Assembly: GCA_965645245.1 (NCBI GenBank)
Contig: OZ287070.1
Coordinates: 372,001 to 436,000, forward strand
Source of the DNA: Massalongia carnosa
Lineage: Eukaryota
DNA: 64,000 nt
Direction: 5' to 3'
In this document: one piece after another, positions 1-15,600 of the stretch
How positions within the stretch are numbered: position 1 is the stretch's first letter
How the letters are laid out: every line of letters begins with the position of its first letter
The notes under the pieces: model-generated
What the model was told of the DNA's origin: nothing
Databases searched by the model: none
Seen by the model: the letters and a program-made list of their open reading frames with translations, nothing else
Position numbers and translations under genes: made by a program

Positions 1-856
<856 letters not shown>

Positions 857-2092
857 CTTGGTGAGACCGTTTTGACAGTAGCTTTACTATTTGAATTCTT
901 CAAAAGCAAGCTGTACGAATACCCAAGCGAGTTATAGTGATTATAGTGACGAAAGAATTTACAGAATCGATCCCGCAAGCAGCAATCAAGATATCAGATC
1001 TTGCAGTGATGGATGACGAAGTAGGAAAAAGAAGAAATGATACAAATGAAAGAGGGAAGAAGATGGTTTAAACGCATTTTTGTGTCGAATGGATTCCGAC
1101 CAACGTCTTTTACCCGAACCGCAGTTTTCCGAGTGAACGCATCATCGTACCGGGTCGATAAGTTCAACAAGGAAAACCATTGAGATTGGGGACAAGCTTG
1201 GATTTGAAATGCTGTTCCTCTTTCACCTGATCAAAGACTCTTCAAAAAATATGCGCTGTGCTGTGTATAGTGTTTGCCTGGCAAGAGAGAAGCAATATCA
1301 ATGGATCTCGTAGATTAGAGCCACTTCGGAATTTAATCGGATTGGATTAGTCTACATCTTTCTTTCGGAGCTCTCGGACCACTTGAAGTTCCTGCATCAG
1401 TCAATGCAACTGATTCAGGTTTCATGCAAGGGATATAGCGATGCCGCTGAAACACAACACGGCACGTTCGGAGCTCGGAGTACTGTAGGTATTCATCGGG
1501 ATGAAATAAACGGCCCTTTGAAACTCTGTACAATAGGTATTCGCTCCTCGAGTCCACCAACGTAAAGAGAGAATCTGACGAGTTGGGAACGGTCTGAGCT
1601 GTAATTCTTATTGGGATGATACTTCGCGGACACAAACACCATCATGATCTAGACATTGCTTGATTGGTCTTAGGAAAACTGTGGAATGATAGGCTTCTCG
1701 AATATCGTTTGAGAAACTTTTCCATATCAGAAATCTCTGTTCGTTCAGTATTATCGAGACCGAAGTGGGTGACAGAACCGAGCGCATTTGAAAGCATCCT
1801 CCACACTAATCCAAATAGTACTCTGTACTGCTGTCCGAAAGATGTTCTCGCTCCGTGGTCACGAAACCGCTGTCCCATGAAATGCCATGGCCTTGGCCTG
1901 GATCTCCCGTCCTGCCGTGGTTCTGTCCCAGAGGTCTATCAGCCGCCTCACTAGCGAACTCTACGCGAAACTGATCACGTGCTAGTTATAAGGTAGCGAC
2001 GGAGGAATGAGAACCCGCATGGCACGTGAATGCCTCATGCAGTTCAGTGACGCAACTATATCAATCCATCACCAGAGAACTTATATGACAAA

Positions 2093-3818
2093 ATGGCAGA
2101 AAAGGAGCAGCACAAGTTCAATGGTTCCCAACCAGCTGGAAATATAGAGTCAGAGTACATCATCCCTCTACAAATTAACGGAGAAGAAGTAACAACAGCT
2201 GCAACCTACAAGGTCCTGAACCCTGCAACCAATCAATTCGCCTGGCAAAGCTCTTCCGCGTCAAAAGCGGATGCCGTTAAAGCTGCAGAAGCTGCCCAGG
2301 CCGCTTTCAGAGCCTGGTCCCAAACCAAAGCCTCAGCGCGTCGGGACATCTTGCTCAAGGCAGCGGATGTGCTGACAAAACGGGCAGATGAGGTTGCCGG
2401 ATACGTGAGGGTGGAAACCGGCTCTGTCGATAGAGTCGTAGAGAGTAACGTTCATAGAAGCATCGAGCAGCTGCTAGACGTTGCTGGGAGAATCCCTACA
2501 GTTGTGGGCCATGTCCCCATGAGCGGGCAAGACGGTAGAAGTGCCATGGTAGTGAAAGAGCCGTATGGCATCGTGCTTGGAATAGCTCCGTGGTACCTGC
2601 CCTTGCGTTAATCATTTTCTTGGTTCTAAACTGATCAAGCCTCAAGGAACATGCCCTTATATTTAGGGTTTCGCGCAATCATTTCTGCCATTGCAACCGG
2701 TAACACCGTCATTCTGAAAGGTTCCGAACTTTCGCCTCGCGTCTTCTGGGCCATTGGATCTATCTTGAAGGAAGCTGGTCTGCCCAACGGCGTTCTCAAC
2801 GTCATCACCCATCGGCCCGAAGATGCCGCCGAAGTGACGAACGCGCTGATCGAGCATCCGGCCGTCAAGAAAATCAATTTCACAGGTAGTACGCATGTAG
2901 GTAGTCTCATAGCCGCCGCGGCGGGCAAGAACCTTAAACCGGTTCTGATGGAGCTTGGGGGCAAAGCGAGTGCCATCGTTCTGAAAGACGCAGATCTTGA
3001 GCTTGCCGCTATGCAATGTGCCCTAGGCGCCTTTATACATGTATGTAGGACATGTTTGCTCAAGGATCTCATAATCTCTATCGACACCTTGTGGTCTAAT
3101 TTTTTCTTACCCAGAGCGGCCAAATCTGCATGGCAACCGAAAGGATCCTCATTCATTCTTCAATCGCAACCCCCTTCTCCTCGGCCCTCAAATCCGCTAT
3201 CGCAACCCTATTCCCCAAAACCGGCCCTGCAGCAATCCTCATCACGCCCGCCAGCGTGAAAAAGAACAATCTCCTCATCTCCCAAGCCATCTCCCGAGGC
3301 GCCTCCGTTCTGACAGGCGAAGTTGAAGCTGAAGAAGCCGAAGACTCCTCCGGGGGCGGGACTCGCATGAGACCAGTCGTTCTTGAAAATGTAAGGCGTG
3401 ACATGGATCTCTACTATCAGGAATCCTTCGGGCCGTCGGTCTCCCTACTGGTGGTGGAGTCGGAAGAAGAGGCCGTGGAGATTGCGAACGATACCGAGTA
3501 TGGGCTCAGCGCCTCGGTTTTCACAAAGGATCTGGCAACTGGGCTCAGGGTTGCACGACAGATCGAGACAGGGTGCGTATTCTTTTACTTTCTCTCCCAG
3601 CTATCCATCCATCTTCATTCATCCCCTTTCCCAACTTTTCGAACCCTTCTCAACATTATGATTCCTCTCATAGAGCCGTCCACATCAATTTCATGACCGT
3701 GCACGACGAGCCCAATCTTCCCCACGGCGGCGCCAAGCGCAGTGGATACGGTCGCTTTAACGGCAACGCCGGCTTGGAGGAGTTTTTGCGCCTGAAGAGT
3801 ATCACATGGGCAGATTGA
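2093..3818 (+). CDS. NAD-dependent aldehyde dehydrogenase (salicylaldehyde/vanillin dehydrogenase-like), 4 exons
   Basis: Motifs EPYGIVLGIAPW(N), ILKGSELSP, FTGST, MELGGKA, GQICMATER, ESFGP, ANDTEYGLSA and HGGAKRSGYGRF across ORFs 2093, 2651, 3130 and 3573, joined by GT-AG introns. Confidence 0.93.
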
Positions 3819-4384
3819 GAGTGGGGGAGGGGGCTATGAATACTGGAGAAAGGGGATGCTGAGGGGTATGTTTGAGAATGGGACTGGTCATGGGATTTGG
3901 GGGTTTGAGTAGTGTGGGCTTGGGGGCGAGGGGATAAAAGTATCTGTTTATCAATCAATGGTAACACCTTGAGAAACGACTACAGCAGATCTTCTCCTGG
4001 AGGAAAGTAAAAAATTTACCATAACCCAAAAAAAATCCAAAATATCCTAAAAATCCTATAAACATAATGACCTTAAGAGGTCTTAGATGACCAGCTACTA
4101 GCAAAAGAAAACAGAGAAGAGTATAAGGGTTGCTGAAGGGGTTTCAACGGTTATGACGAGAACCAATCGTCTTTTATTTTAGGTAATGGCTCGTAGATGA
4201 AACATTTCAAAGAATTGCGCGGCTCTGGAGTCGTTGATTATTGAGAAAAGTAAATTTCTAACCGAAAACCAGGCCATACCTGCATCCTGTGTGCCCCCGC
4301 ATCATGCCTTGAAAATCTATCGCTCTGCTCCGTTCCACTCTGCTCCGCTCCGCATCCGTCTTCCCACTCAGACGCTGTACCGAT

Positions 4385-7300
4385 CTAGATAACGCCCAAA
4401 GCCCCAAAACCCTTCACTACATCTGCATCCACGTTCACCAGCCAGGCCTGCTCGAACGCTTCGCGGCCGCCACATGCTACGACTGCAGCTGCGAGCTTCT
4501 CCCTCACAAAAGCCTTGATGTCGACCCTCCTGACCGGGTCCGCAAACTCGAGTTTTCTTCTCCGCTCGTCAATGGGCGCTTCAGGATCTGCGCCCTTTAA
4601 AGCTTCAACGTCCCAATAGATGAGGCAGTCGGCACCGTTTTTGTTGTTGTCGTCGACTTCGTCGACAACAAGCTCGGTTATAACGTCGGTCCAGATGGTC
4701 ATAAGTTCTTGCAGGCGGGAGAGGATCCACGGCTGATTGGTATCGAGGAGAGCGGTGAGGCCAAGGCAGTTGAGTTTCTTCTTGACGGGGTCGGGGACGT
4801 TGTCGAAGTGCGAGAACCACTCGGTCAGAAGCCAAGGTAGTGTAGTTTCTACGGGGTCATGCGGGAAGGTAGCAGCAAGAGCAGAAAGGAAGAGTTGCGG
4901 ACTGGCGAGCGCGAGGCGGGCGAGGACGCTCAGGTAGTCTGTTTCGACTAGGCCGTCAATTGAGGAGGCCCGGTTGGGGCCTGTGGTTTGGTGCGCGGAG
5001 TAGGCGGTATGAATTCCGGTAAGGAGGGTGGCGAGGAAGCCAGTGGAGACAAGGTGGGTAGTTAGTGTGGCGATAGCATGGGTGCCGCCGACGGAATCGG
5101 CGGAGCGGATGAGCAGCTCAATGAGGTGGGTAATTAGGCCTGTAGCTTCGCGATTTGTGGTAACGAGGAGGGAGGCGAATGGCGTGAGCAAGACGGGAGA
5201 TTCAACCAGGAGATATTCGGGGATGAGATATATATAAGACTCGGTAAGGTCTAGGGCCCTGCGAAGAGTTTCGGACGCGGATTCGTACATTGGAAATACA
5301 TGTTGGGCAAGCGAAATAATTTCTGACGGAGTGGGGAAGGGCGCTTGGTTGAGAACTGTTGACCAAAGTTCCATAGCGTCTTCGAGAAGGTAGACGCGGG
5401 TTTCTGAATTTGCTTCGACGGAGCTTTCTATCAAGGGGATGATCATTGAGTGGTACCTCCTTGATTTCTCTTTCATTGAGGTGACCAGCGCCGAGAGGAT
5501 GGCCAAGATGGATTGTTTCATAAGATATACATCCCTTGCTTGGGCCCACAGGGGAGGTAAAAGCGATATTATTTGGTCTGCAAAGGGCGAGATCTGAAAC
5601 AAGGTCAGTTTCCCATGACATGAGATATGTATAAAGGGACTACCTGATATTCCATTTTTACAATGATGACACTTAGGGTATTTAGCAGCGCCATCTTCGT
5701 CTCGCCAAGCTCCACTTCTTCTATTAATTGCATTAGGTCACCCAGTATAGAGGGTGCGTACGGCAAGAAAGGCTCAGCCAGGAACTCAAAAGGGTCAACC
5801 ACGTTTTTAAGCTGTCTTCCGGCAGTCACACGGACGACTTGATCATTGAGCTGGTCGTGCTTGTTAAGTAGATGCTGAAATATCTGATATACTAGTGGTC
5901 GGTTCAGGCCATCTTTCACAGGAAGCCACTGACCCAATACTATTGCTATACGTCTGCGAAGAACGTTGTATCCAGGTTGCTGAACCTGCACTTCAGGCAC
6001 CAAAGTTGAGGTTAAAAACGTACCGAAATCCAGCCTTTGCTCTAGGACAGGTGCTGCAAGACCAATAGCCGAATATATGGAATCTTTCGTGAGTACATTT
6101 CTGTTTTCAATAGCTTCTATAGTCAGTGGGCGAATGTACAAACGGAGGGTTACCGGACGTACTGGCAACACTATAGAAAACATTTAAGAGAGGTGGAACC
6201 AGCAAGCCTTTGTAATTAATTATTAAATCCAGAAATAGCTTTTCTGAACACGATCTGATCGAAAACTCCCAAACATCCCCTTCACCTTCTTCTCTTCTTT
6301 CCCACTCCTCTGGTTCTTCCTCCCACTCTCGAAGGTCTCGTGCACGAAAGACAAAGAAGCGTGTGACCAATGTCTCCATCATTTCACGAGCAAAAACATC
6401 AGTTAGAAGGTAATCCTTGATCAATTCTGTTGAACGCTTTCGCTCAATTTTATCCTCGGCATGTTGGTACTTGAACGTCTGAGCAGGATTGAATATCATC
6501 CTCACACACGCTCGAAGTAACAACAACCCCTTTAGGCTAATATTCTCTAACACAGAAATGTCTTCCTCATCGGCGTCGCCATGATTGCTAGTTTTCGTAA
6601 TTGAAATAGCAGACTGGGAGCCAAATGTCTCCCCAAACTGCTTTATGGCTCTCCAGTAATCTTGAGCTAAACCGCTCGAGTCTCGTAGAAGAGCAAATCC
6701 GGCAGGGTGGGATTTGGCCATGTCTAAATGCATCTTGGCCATCTGAATAACATGTCTCTCGATCAAGCGTTTGACGCCCAAATCGAATTCCCAAGTTTCT
6801 TGTAACACAATATTAAGCATTTGTCCTAGCTGTGTTACTATTGTGCTCCAGAAGTCCTGCACTTCAGTATGTCGGTTAGGAAAGTCATAACCCGCAACAA
6901 TTAGCCTCCGGAGAATCCGCAGACTCAGTAGGCTTTGTTCAATACTCTCTAAGGCTCCTCCTTCGTCATCGCCGCCATTTTCAAGAAATTTTCTCCAAAC
7001 AGTTACTTTGGCGACATATATCCTGCCCAAGGTATCAAGGATTTTTGGAGCTTCGGCTTGTAGATTAGAGCGTGTTCGCACCAAACGTCCTGCAGCAAGC
7101 ACTTTAATAGTGTGAAGTAGAATCAAAAGTGTTCGAGAAAAATGTAACGAGTTTTCATGCTCGGATGAAGCTAAACGCAGAGCTGCAACTATGTCCTGAA
7201 TTGCGTTCGGCCTGATATGTAAACACGATCTGCCGTCAGAAAATCGACGTCGGATAAGAAACCTCAGAATAAGTCTCACCATACCATTCATGAGGATAGT

Positions 7301-7740
7301 CAAGTCTAATGATCTTTGAGGTTACTAATGCATTCTGAAGCGCGAGTCGGTGATCTGGCTCATTGTAACCATGTACAAGACATCTCGAGCGAATGAGAGA
7401 CTTCTCTCCCTTTTCTATCGCGTTTGTTGCGGTCTTTCGCCAATATTTATCTATGCCATTTTTTAGCTGGATAATTGCAAGATAACGTACTTCAGTGGGG
7501 AGCGAAATGTCTATAAACGCAGACTATTTTCAAGGTTAGCGATTTCGTCCGCATGAAAATAACCATAAGGCCAACCTGCAACGAGCCATAATAGCCCGCT
7601 TGCTTTTCCCAATTTTGAAGCTGTTGCGCACTTGTCTGAAGTAGTTGCTGATCCACAGAAGTTGCCGATGTGAGCACAGTAGAGAGATTTTGGGAACTCA
7701 ATGGGATAGCTTCTGCAGGAACCTCGATAGAGAAGTTCAT
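4385..7740 (-). CDS. KAP120: Importin-11 / Kap120-like karyopherin beta, multi-exon
   Basis: N-terminal IBN_N-like segment (AQQLQNWEKQ...RYLAIIQLKNGIDKYWRK), HEAT-like helical body, DLREWEEEPEEW, KDSIYSAIG and LRRRIAIVLGQW. Start taken at MNFSIEVP (7740). Confidence 0.88.
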
Positions 7741-8094
7741 TCTATGATTGATTAATGGCATCGAAGATGCAATGCAGCAAGTCGCTTGGCATTGCCTGAT
7801 AGCTCTTTACAATCCTAGAACGATTGCTCTATACCAAAGCTTCACGTAAACAATAACTATATAAAGTTAAAAAATAGGTATTTAAAGATGTTTAGGGCTT
7901 TAGCATGCACTAAAGCGACAGTAAATAATAGCTAGTGTTATTAAATAAAAAACTAGCCTAAGGTTCTGATCGTTATTTACAAGAGTTGCAAACTAAGTTA
8001 CCTGGTAGGGAAAAATTCGGTATCTTTGGGATCGGCAATAGTCAAATTTTCTTAGTTCTAAGCAGATGACTATTCACCTTATTATGATTGAGCC

Positions 8095-9651
8095 ATGACT
8101 TCTCAGAACTTCGTCACAGCAGAAGAACGTATCCTAGCTCGTCGTCATCTCCAAGCTGTTGACTTGCAGACTCGTCTTGAGGCGCAAAAAAGTATACAAG
8201 CTACGAGCGTTTTAGCTCGTCTTCCGTTTCCTTTAGGTAAACTAGGACGACAGAGTACAGAAGCATGGGAGATCATCAGAGGAAGGGAAGGAACAAGACC
8301 CGCTTATCGAGTGGGACAAGTCGATGCGGAATTGTTGGATGAAGAATTGCTAAATTTGTTGAAGGGGCAAGTCGGGGAAGGCCTGAAACTTTTTGGTGTA
8401 GGTTGTGTCTCCTTGCAGGCCGAGCTGGAATTGGCGATGCTGACTTTCATAGTCCCATCTCAGGGATGAATGGTCTTCTGAGATCCTACTAGTGCTACGC
8501 ACTGTACTCTTCAAATTTACTATCTGGGACCATAATGCGTCATACGGCGCTTCTTTGCAAAATCTGAAGTATACAGATGCTAGGGTTAAGGGTTTAGTGC
8601 CAGCTATACCTTCAAGGTGGCAAAAAGCTTGGTATGGAATGTTCTCTGTTGGCGGACGGTATGCATGGACCAAGTGGGAGAATTGGCTTGCTGAACGGGA
8701 AGGAGGTTATGAAGAGGCAAGCCTAAGCCAGATCATCTGTATTAATTTATAACTAACCCTGAATAGCCGAGCGCCATCGTTCGATTATTTTCTAGACTGT
8801 CGTCGTTAATCTCAACCTCACACTCAATCGCAGCCTTCGTCTCGTTTTTGATTTTCCTTCTTAACGGCCGGTATCGGACGCTGCTGGACCGCATATTACG
8901 CCTCCGACTTGTAGCGCCCACCAATCAAGTCGGTCGAGAAGTCAGCTTCGAGTACTTGAATCGACAGCTGGTTTGGCATGCGTTTACTGAGTTTTTACTT
9001 TTCCTTTTGCCCCTTGTAGGCATCAGTAGATGGCGCAAATGGATCACAAGAGCATGGCGCCAGATGAAAGCAATCTTTGAAACAAGTGGAATTGAAGGAG
9101 AAGACGCGACCGCTTCCAATGGAGAATTTGCATTTCTACCAGAGCGAACATGTGCGATTTGTTACCAGGATCAAAACCCCACAGCGACCTCAGAGGACGA
9201 ACTCTTGGATGTCACTGGTACATCTGGGGGAGTAGTTGGTTCTGCGCAGACCGATATAACAAATCCTTATGAAACCATTCCATGTGGATGTGTATATTGC
9301 TTTGTTTGCGTTGCCACAAGGCTCGAGCGTGAAGAAGCCGAAGGTTGGATTTGCTTACGATGTGGTGACTTGAACAAAGAGTGCAGACCATGGGCTGGGG
9401 ATGTCTTTGTAGAGACTATGATGCATGTGAGCGGAAAATCGGTCAGATCTCCACAGCAGGATAAAGCACACATTGGGAATGGGATTGTTCTTAAAGATAA
9501 CCAAACTCTCGCCGAAGACGAAGCTACCAGCTTCGATGGAGTTGTCAAGCAAATGGCCGAAAAGACCATTCCGGATGAAGGTTACGAATCCCGAGAATGG
9601 GCTCAACAAGAATCGGATACGTCTGCAGTCGACATTGAGATAGAAACCTAA
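8095..9651 (+). CDS. PEX2: Peroxin-2 RING peroxin, 3 exons
   Basis: RVGQVDAELLDEEL, ASYGASLQNLKY, GRYRTLLDRIL, SFEYLNRQLVWHAFTEFLLF and the C-terminal RING CAIC...PCGCVYCFVC...CLRC. The second intron (8717-8766) is GC-AG. Confidence 0.95.
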
Positions 9652-12600
9652 TTAATTTTTAACCCACATTATTAAGGAATCGGCATCACAAAAGCAAAAA
9701 GATAAGAGCATAACTCCTTGAAACAGAAATATTGTTGGTAAAAATAACCTCAGTACTATCCATAACATTAGGCTTCATCACATATGACCCTAATTTATCT
9801 GGAGTAGTGTACAATACTGAGTTTCGGCTGATGAGGCACCTATGTCTGCACCGAACAATTCTCAAGCTTTTGGCCGACTATTACGAAAACCTAGAGTGAA
9901 CCTGTGGTAGAGAACAACCACGACATCAGACTCCCAAAGGCCGAGCCTTGGGCTTAGGTTGCAGCTGCACCTTTCTCGTGTCAGATGAATCTATAAAATC
10001 TTTCAACGTTCGCCTACCGACGACTATCGATAGTTGTGGAATGCTTTGCCACGTCGGGATCCCGTGTGCATTCGAGATCCGTAAGGGTCTATCGGATGGG
10101 GAGGTGGATCGTCGTCGACAAGGAATACTCGGGGTGGCGAGAATGTATTAACAATGGTAGGCCATGAGCCACAATCTGCGCTATTGAAGCCTATATATTT
10201 CGAAGAGTATTGATTCATGACCAGTCGCTTCTGGTGCATACTGGATGAAAGAAATCAGTCCTTAATCTAACTCCCCAGGAGGGCGATAAAATACTCACAA
10301 GAAATCAGTCAGCCGACCAATTCAGATGTTTTCTGATAGGGAACTCCTCGCTGCCAATACGGTTGGTGGTCCTTGGGGACGGAGATAATCAATGAGTAAA
10401 GAAGTTTATATTCTATGTTCTGCTCTACTATTGGGGATGGTTAATCTAAATGCTTCTCTATCTAATAAACTTGGTGCGTCGAGCAGATTATGTATGAGTA
10501 CTCTGACCTCCTGATGTCCGTGCAGAGACACTTCCTAAAGTCCCATCGAGTATCTGTTCCCGTTGTATGGGGCTTCACAGGAAGATTCCACAGGGCCCCT
10601 CGTTTCAAGCTTCATTACTGAGTCTCAACTCTAATTTCGTGGATTACTTGCTATATGTTTTCGTACCGCACCATTGTTGCCAAGGATTTAGGTTGGCTAA
10701 GAAAGAAGGATTAATAAAATCACATGAGCAAAATAAAAAAAGACTTAATGATACTATTAAAGTTAGCGAGCGACCAGAAGGTCTCTTTTCTTTTCCGATC
10801 AAGATCTTAGGTTTCATGATCATCCTGTTAATGAGACTGTAGGACGTTTCATTGGCCAAACGGTTCCTAAGGATAAGCCAGCATATTGTGCCTGACATGG
10901 TGTTGAGCCAAGGAATTACACCGAATCGATAGTCAAGCTGGGGAAGTGGAGACCTTCGAACGCACGATGATCCTTAAGAATAGTCCGGGGATAACCAATG
11001 AATTCATTTTTCCCGGCAGCCTGCGTGGGACACTTCTCGTGTCTCTGCAGATTCTAGTATATGTAGATTTTTAATTTTGCTTTTTGTGGATTTTATTGGT
11101 CATTCATAAACAGGAAGACGGACAACTGTATCAATTCATCGATTATCTTTGTCATATGTCTAAATTTGATCTGATTCTGCAGGACTTCAACTAGGTGTTC
11201 GCTGGGAATAGTTTTTTCGTGAGGACTATTTGCACGTGTGAGGCTTAAATATACCGGTATAGTTTACTCGTTGTATTTTTCTCATTAGATAAGAAAAACC
11301 ACTAAGGCGCTCTAGCCAATAACGCTAAGGGTTGTATTCTCAAGTATGTACACCTTTTTTCGATCGTGCTGGATAGCCTATTTTGAAAGCAGGCACGAAA
11401 TCGTCAATCTAGGATCAATTCGCCGCTAGCCTGGGCAACCTCATCCCAAGTCTTAACATGCTAAAGATTGTGGCTAATAAAGCCAGGATGCACTCGGCTT
11501 TAGAAGGTGTGGCATCATCAGCGTGTTTCATCTCAGGATCTATTATTAGGATAGTCCATTTATTGCCTACCTACTTATTTTCCTTCGTGGTCTCCAGGGC
11601 TCTCCAGGCGCATATCATAAGGCTGAAATGATTCTTGCATTGATATAGGAGATGCAGCTGATTCAGCGTTCCGCTTGTTCACTTGGACAGTGGTCTCAAT
11701 CGTTTATTCTAGCTCTAATTATACGCCGTGAGTACAGCCAGAACATCCTATGTGACGGCAGCAATGCAAAACCTTTACAAAGGTCAGAAATGTTTCCTAA
11801 CTCTTGAACTTATTTTTACCCGGCTTATGTCACTCGTTTTCGTCTTTGCTGGCGGCTAATTCGTTGCGCTATTAATCTATAGCGCTCCACCTAGTAAGGA
11901 GTACTTGTCAGTGTACGAAACAGAGGCACCCGAACCATGGTCTAGAAAGGACTTATCCTCTTCTTTCATGCTTAGCCCTTTTGTCCAACTGAATAAAGAT
12001 TGAAAATGAAGAAAGGTTTTGGTGACAAAGGGTTTAACTACGATTTTCTTCCTAAATCTGCCAAGGTAATGTTCATTGTCTAATATACAACGTAACTAAG
12101 AAATCGACCGATCAAAGGCTTCTTGGATCCCATACGCTTGATCTGCAATCTGAACTTCTTTATCCCAACGATATTGGTGCTGTATATTTGCACATATAAA
12201 TACCACTCCGTGGGCAGACTCCGAGATCTTTCTTCGATACAAAATCCTCTTCAAAACCCTTAACTAATACAAATACTTAGTCACAGCGGCTTCATAACCT
12301 GCTGCCAAAGCGAAGCCTTTTGGGTCTCTTCCATATCAGCATTCGGAATGTGGCATTCATCTATTACGACTGTAGCTGTGGGATCATGTTTGAACAGCAG
12401 ATTAACTCCCTGCGAAGAGCTCAAAGCAGGCCGTCTGTGCACCCTTCGTCGAGAATATCTAGGATGAGCGATATTGCGTAATACGCCTTCGGATTTTCGA
12501 AGAGCGGTCTGACAATAAGGCTTAAGAGATGTTGTTTTAATAGAACTTCAACTGCTTTCCTTGGAGAAGTGGATCAGTTCTCCTCCTGCCACATTTGGTC

Positions 12601-15600
12601 GACTGTAATGGCCCCCAGAAATGGATTCTTCGAACGGTGTAGAGCTCCACTTCGATTTCGACACCCGCGTTATGAATCATGGTTATAAGATAAATAGAAA
12701 GCTTTCACCAAAGGTCAGTCGTTACGGTATTACTTCATGCCTTATACTAGTCAACACCAATGCGCTTCATGGCACATATAAAGTCTTTGTTGAAACCATT
12801 TGACACCTAAAATCGTCAATTACTTGATTAGTCAAACGTTTAGTTCTTATAACCATTCAAAGCCTGAATCAAGGACTGATCACCGCAACACCCCTCTGGT
12901 CAAAGCAATCTGCTCAATTAGTTAGCCCATTTGTGTCCCTGTTCACGGGAAAGCCAAAATCCCCTTTGGGCATATCTAAGGTTCCTACCTAAATTGCACG
13001 TGCCTTGGATGCGTGCCAAGAAAGCCTCCACCCAAACCCTAGAAAATCACCACATAATTTTACGCTACGAACGCCATTGTGGATAAAAAACTACAGCTCC
13101 ACCGCCGTTTTGGAGGCCTTGAACAGTACATCTTCATTTTGGCTGACAAACCCTTAATATTGGGCCTTGAAATCTATATCCCCATTTTAGGCTAATGAAT
13201 CCCTGTTACGAGGCCTCAAAGGAAACACTGCATTGTGTGGATCGGGTGGTCAATGGCCACCCGCAAATGATACTCTGTAATGAGGTGAAACACAGCGTAC
13301 ATGTAAGGTAAGTTCTTAGATCTGTAACTGTTACGTTGAAATATATGACAGAAGCGTCGATGAATAGCCTTGTCCTCTGTAGTGAAGTAGATATTTTGAC
13401 AGCTAAAAAACCCTAAATTAGCATTTCATACCAATTTAATACCATTTGTCTCCATACACGAAACACGTAACACGAACACAGATCTACCGTTTCATGACGA
13501 AACACCGCCTTAGGAGATACAATCTACTACCGTGTGCTCTCCGGCAAAGACCAAGATTATCAGCTCCAGTGCCAGCCCCAGCATCACAGGAGTATGGGCT
13601 CGATCAGCATAACTCGATAACCCAGATCCCATAAACAAATCGCAGTCGGTTCCGAAAGAAGCGCACGAGTTAATCGAAAGCTCAACCAAATAGCAATAAG
13701 GGACCCCAACCCTCGGCTATTGACCAAAGAGAAGACCTTAATTATTTCGCATTCCCAAGCCCCTATTCAAATGACTGTTGTATGAGTTTGGAAACTTGTT
13801 ACTCCATTTCTAGGTGGTGCAGATACCCAGCCGGGACGGTTCTCCGTATGTCTGATGCTGTCTTTCGCGAAGTCTCATGTTTGGTGGCTTGCAGGCAATG
13901 GCCGTGGAATGAACTGCAGACTGAACAGTAGTCTAACCGTAAATCAACACTCGAGGCCCAATCTCCCGTGCACTGTCACGTCGTTTGTGTATGATCCGGG
14001 AGCTCGCTTGCCTGGCATCTTCTTAGCTTCCGGTTGGCAGTTGCAACGGAAAACCGCAAGAGACGCTTTTTAGGTATGAATGGGGCACAGCACTTGGAAG
14101 CCTTTACTTGGACTTATGGAAATTCATAGAAGCGGTCAGCTTGGGCGGGACATGTTGGTATGGTTTCCGCAAAGCCATAGAGTCCTCGCCCCCCTGGATC
14201 TAAGTGCGGATTGTTAGATATCCCTGTTGACACCCCGGGTCTTTTGGCATCCCTCCTGGATCCCTCATTACAAAGTCTGCTCACATTTGGGCGTTCACTG
14301 TTTCATCGGCCCAACCTCGTGATCAAGAGTTTTCATGCCCACAACACCACTCTGCTATTATTGCGGAGAGCAAATGGATTAGGGATTGTTGCATCGCGAG
14401 GCAATTGGTTTGACAACAAGGCAAACGACAGAACTCCACTTCTCCGTTCAATAGGCAACAGCACGCTACAGGTCCATCATCCACCTCTCTGATTCCTCCA
14501 TCCTATAGCTCTACTTTCAAACTAGGGAAAAAATCAAATCCAATGAGATCTTTTCTGAGTCAGAGCCGGCTGCTACTACTTGCCTGCGTCTAACTCTTAA
14601 TCTATTGGTTGGCTCTGTACATGCTTTGGATATCCATGTCTCTCAGTACCTACCAGATGCACCTAGACGATTTGGTAACTTTGAAACTTGCTATGTCCCG
14701 CGATGGGCATATTATTAAAGATTCTGAGGTCAGTGACTGACAGAATCTCACTGACTGTCTAATCTTATACTCGGGTTCACTATTTTTTACGTGTCAATAA
14801 CTCCAGCAACTGAGCGCTCGCGAAATATCTACATCGATCTGTACGATAGCTCTCCGGTTCTCAGATTAGGAATTTGCGCTCTATGGTCTCTAGTGCCTCA
14901 TACATACTTGCCAACTTTCGCTCAGGAATGATAATCAGAGTATCATAGAGACTTTTGGAAGGTTCTTCTCTAATCCTCCGAAATATCCGCAACGCTCATC
15001 CAACAATACCCTTGTAAGGACTTGCATAAGGAATCTATTCTTGACTTAACTAGCAAAAGGTTTTGATAATTCTACTTGACATTTTAAGATGGGAGCAGAA
15101 TTGTACACCCTCTTCTACTCCATTTTCCTACTCAGTAAAGTGGAGGGGCCATTCAGGTAAAGATTACCCCGTTCAACCCAGTAAACCTTTACATTCTCTG
15201 GGTTTTCAGGTAAGATTATCTTCGGCTATAGCTTCGTCATACTGACCTTGTGCACTAGGAAAAATTATGGCTTTGATGATACATTCTGTGCTTTCCCCTC
15301 GGTTCACAGAACTGCTTTCCAGATCGCTCGTCTCGCTGTGCCTGACTCGCCGCGCCGTCTTGTTTCCCTGGCGGCTTCCCTGGGCCTTTTCATTCATTAG
15401 ATGCTGTGTATTAGATACTAAAGCTTCGCTCTCCCATCAGCGATCCCTGGTGCGGCAACCAGCTCTCCAGAAAATCAGGTTTCCTCTAATTGAAGAATAG
15501 CTTTAAACAACCTCACGTCAAAGTAGCTGCCAGCTTAAGATCTACCGTTCCAAAGATCTATCATATAGGTATAATCTAAAACTTGGTCTAAGAGTTGTTG

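Noticed and set aside
12254..12268. AACCCTAAC as a canonical TER template
   Set aside because: Sits at an intron-like branch point in a gene relic, with no pseudoknot or CR4/5 context.
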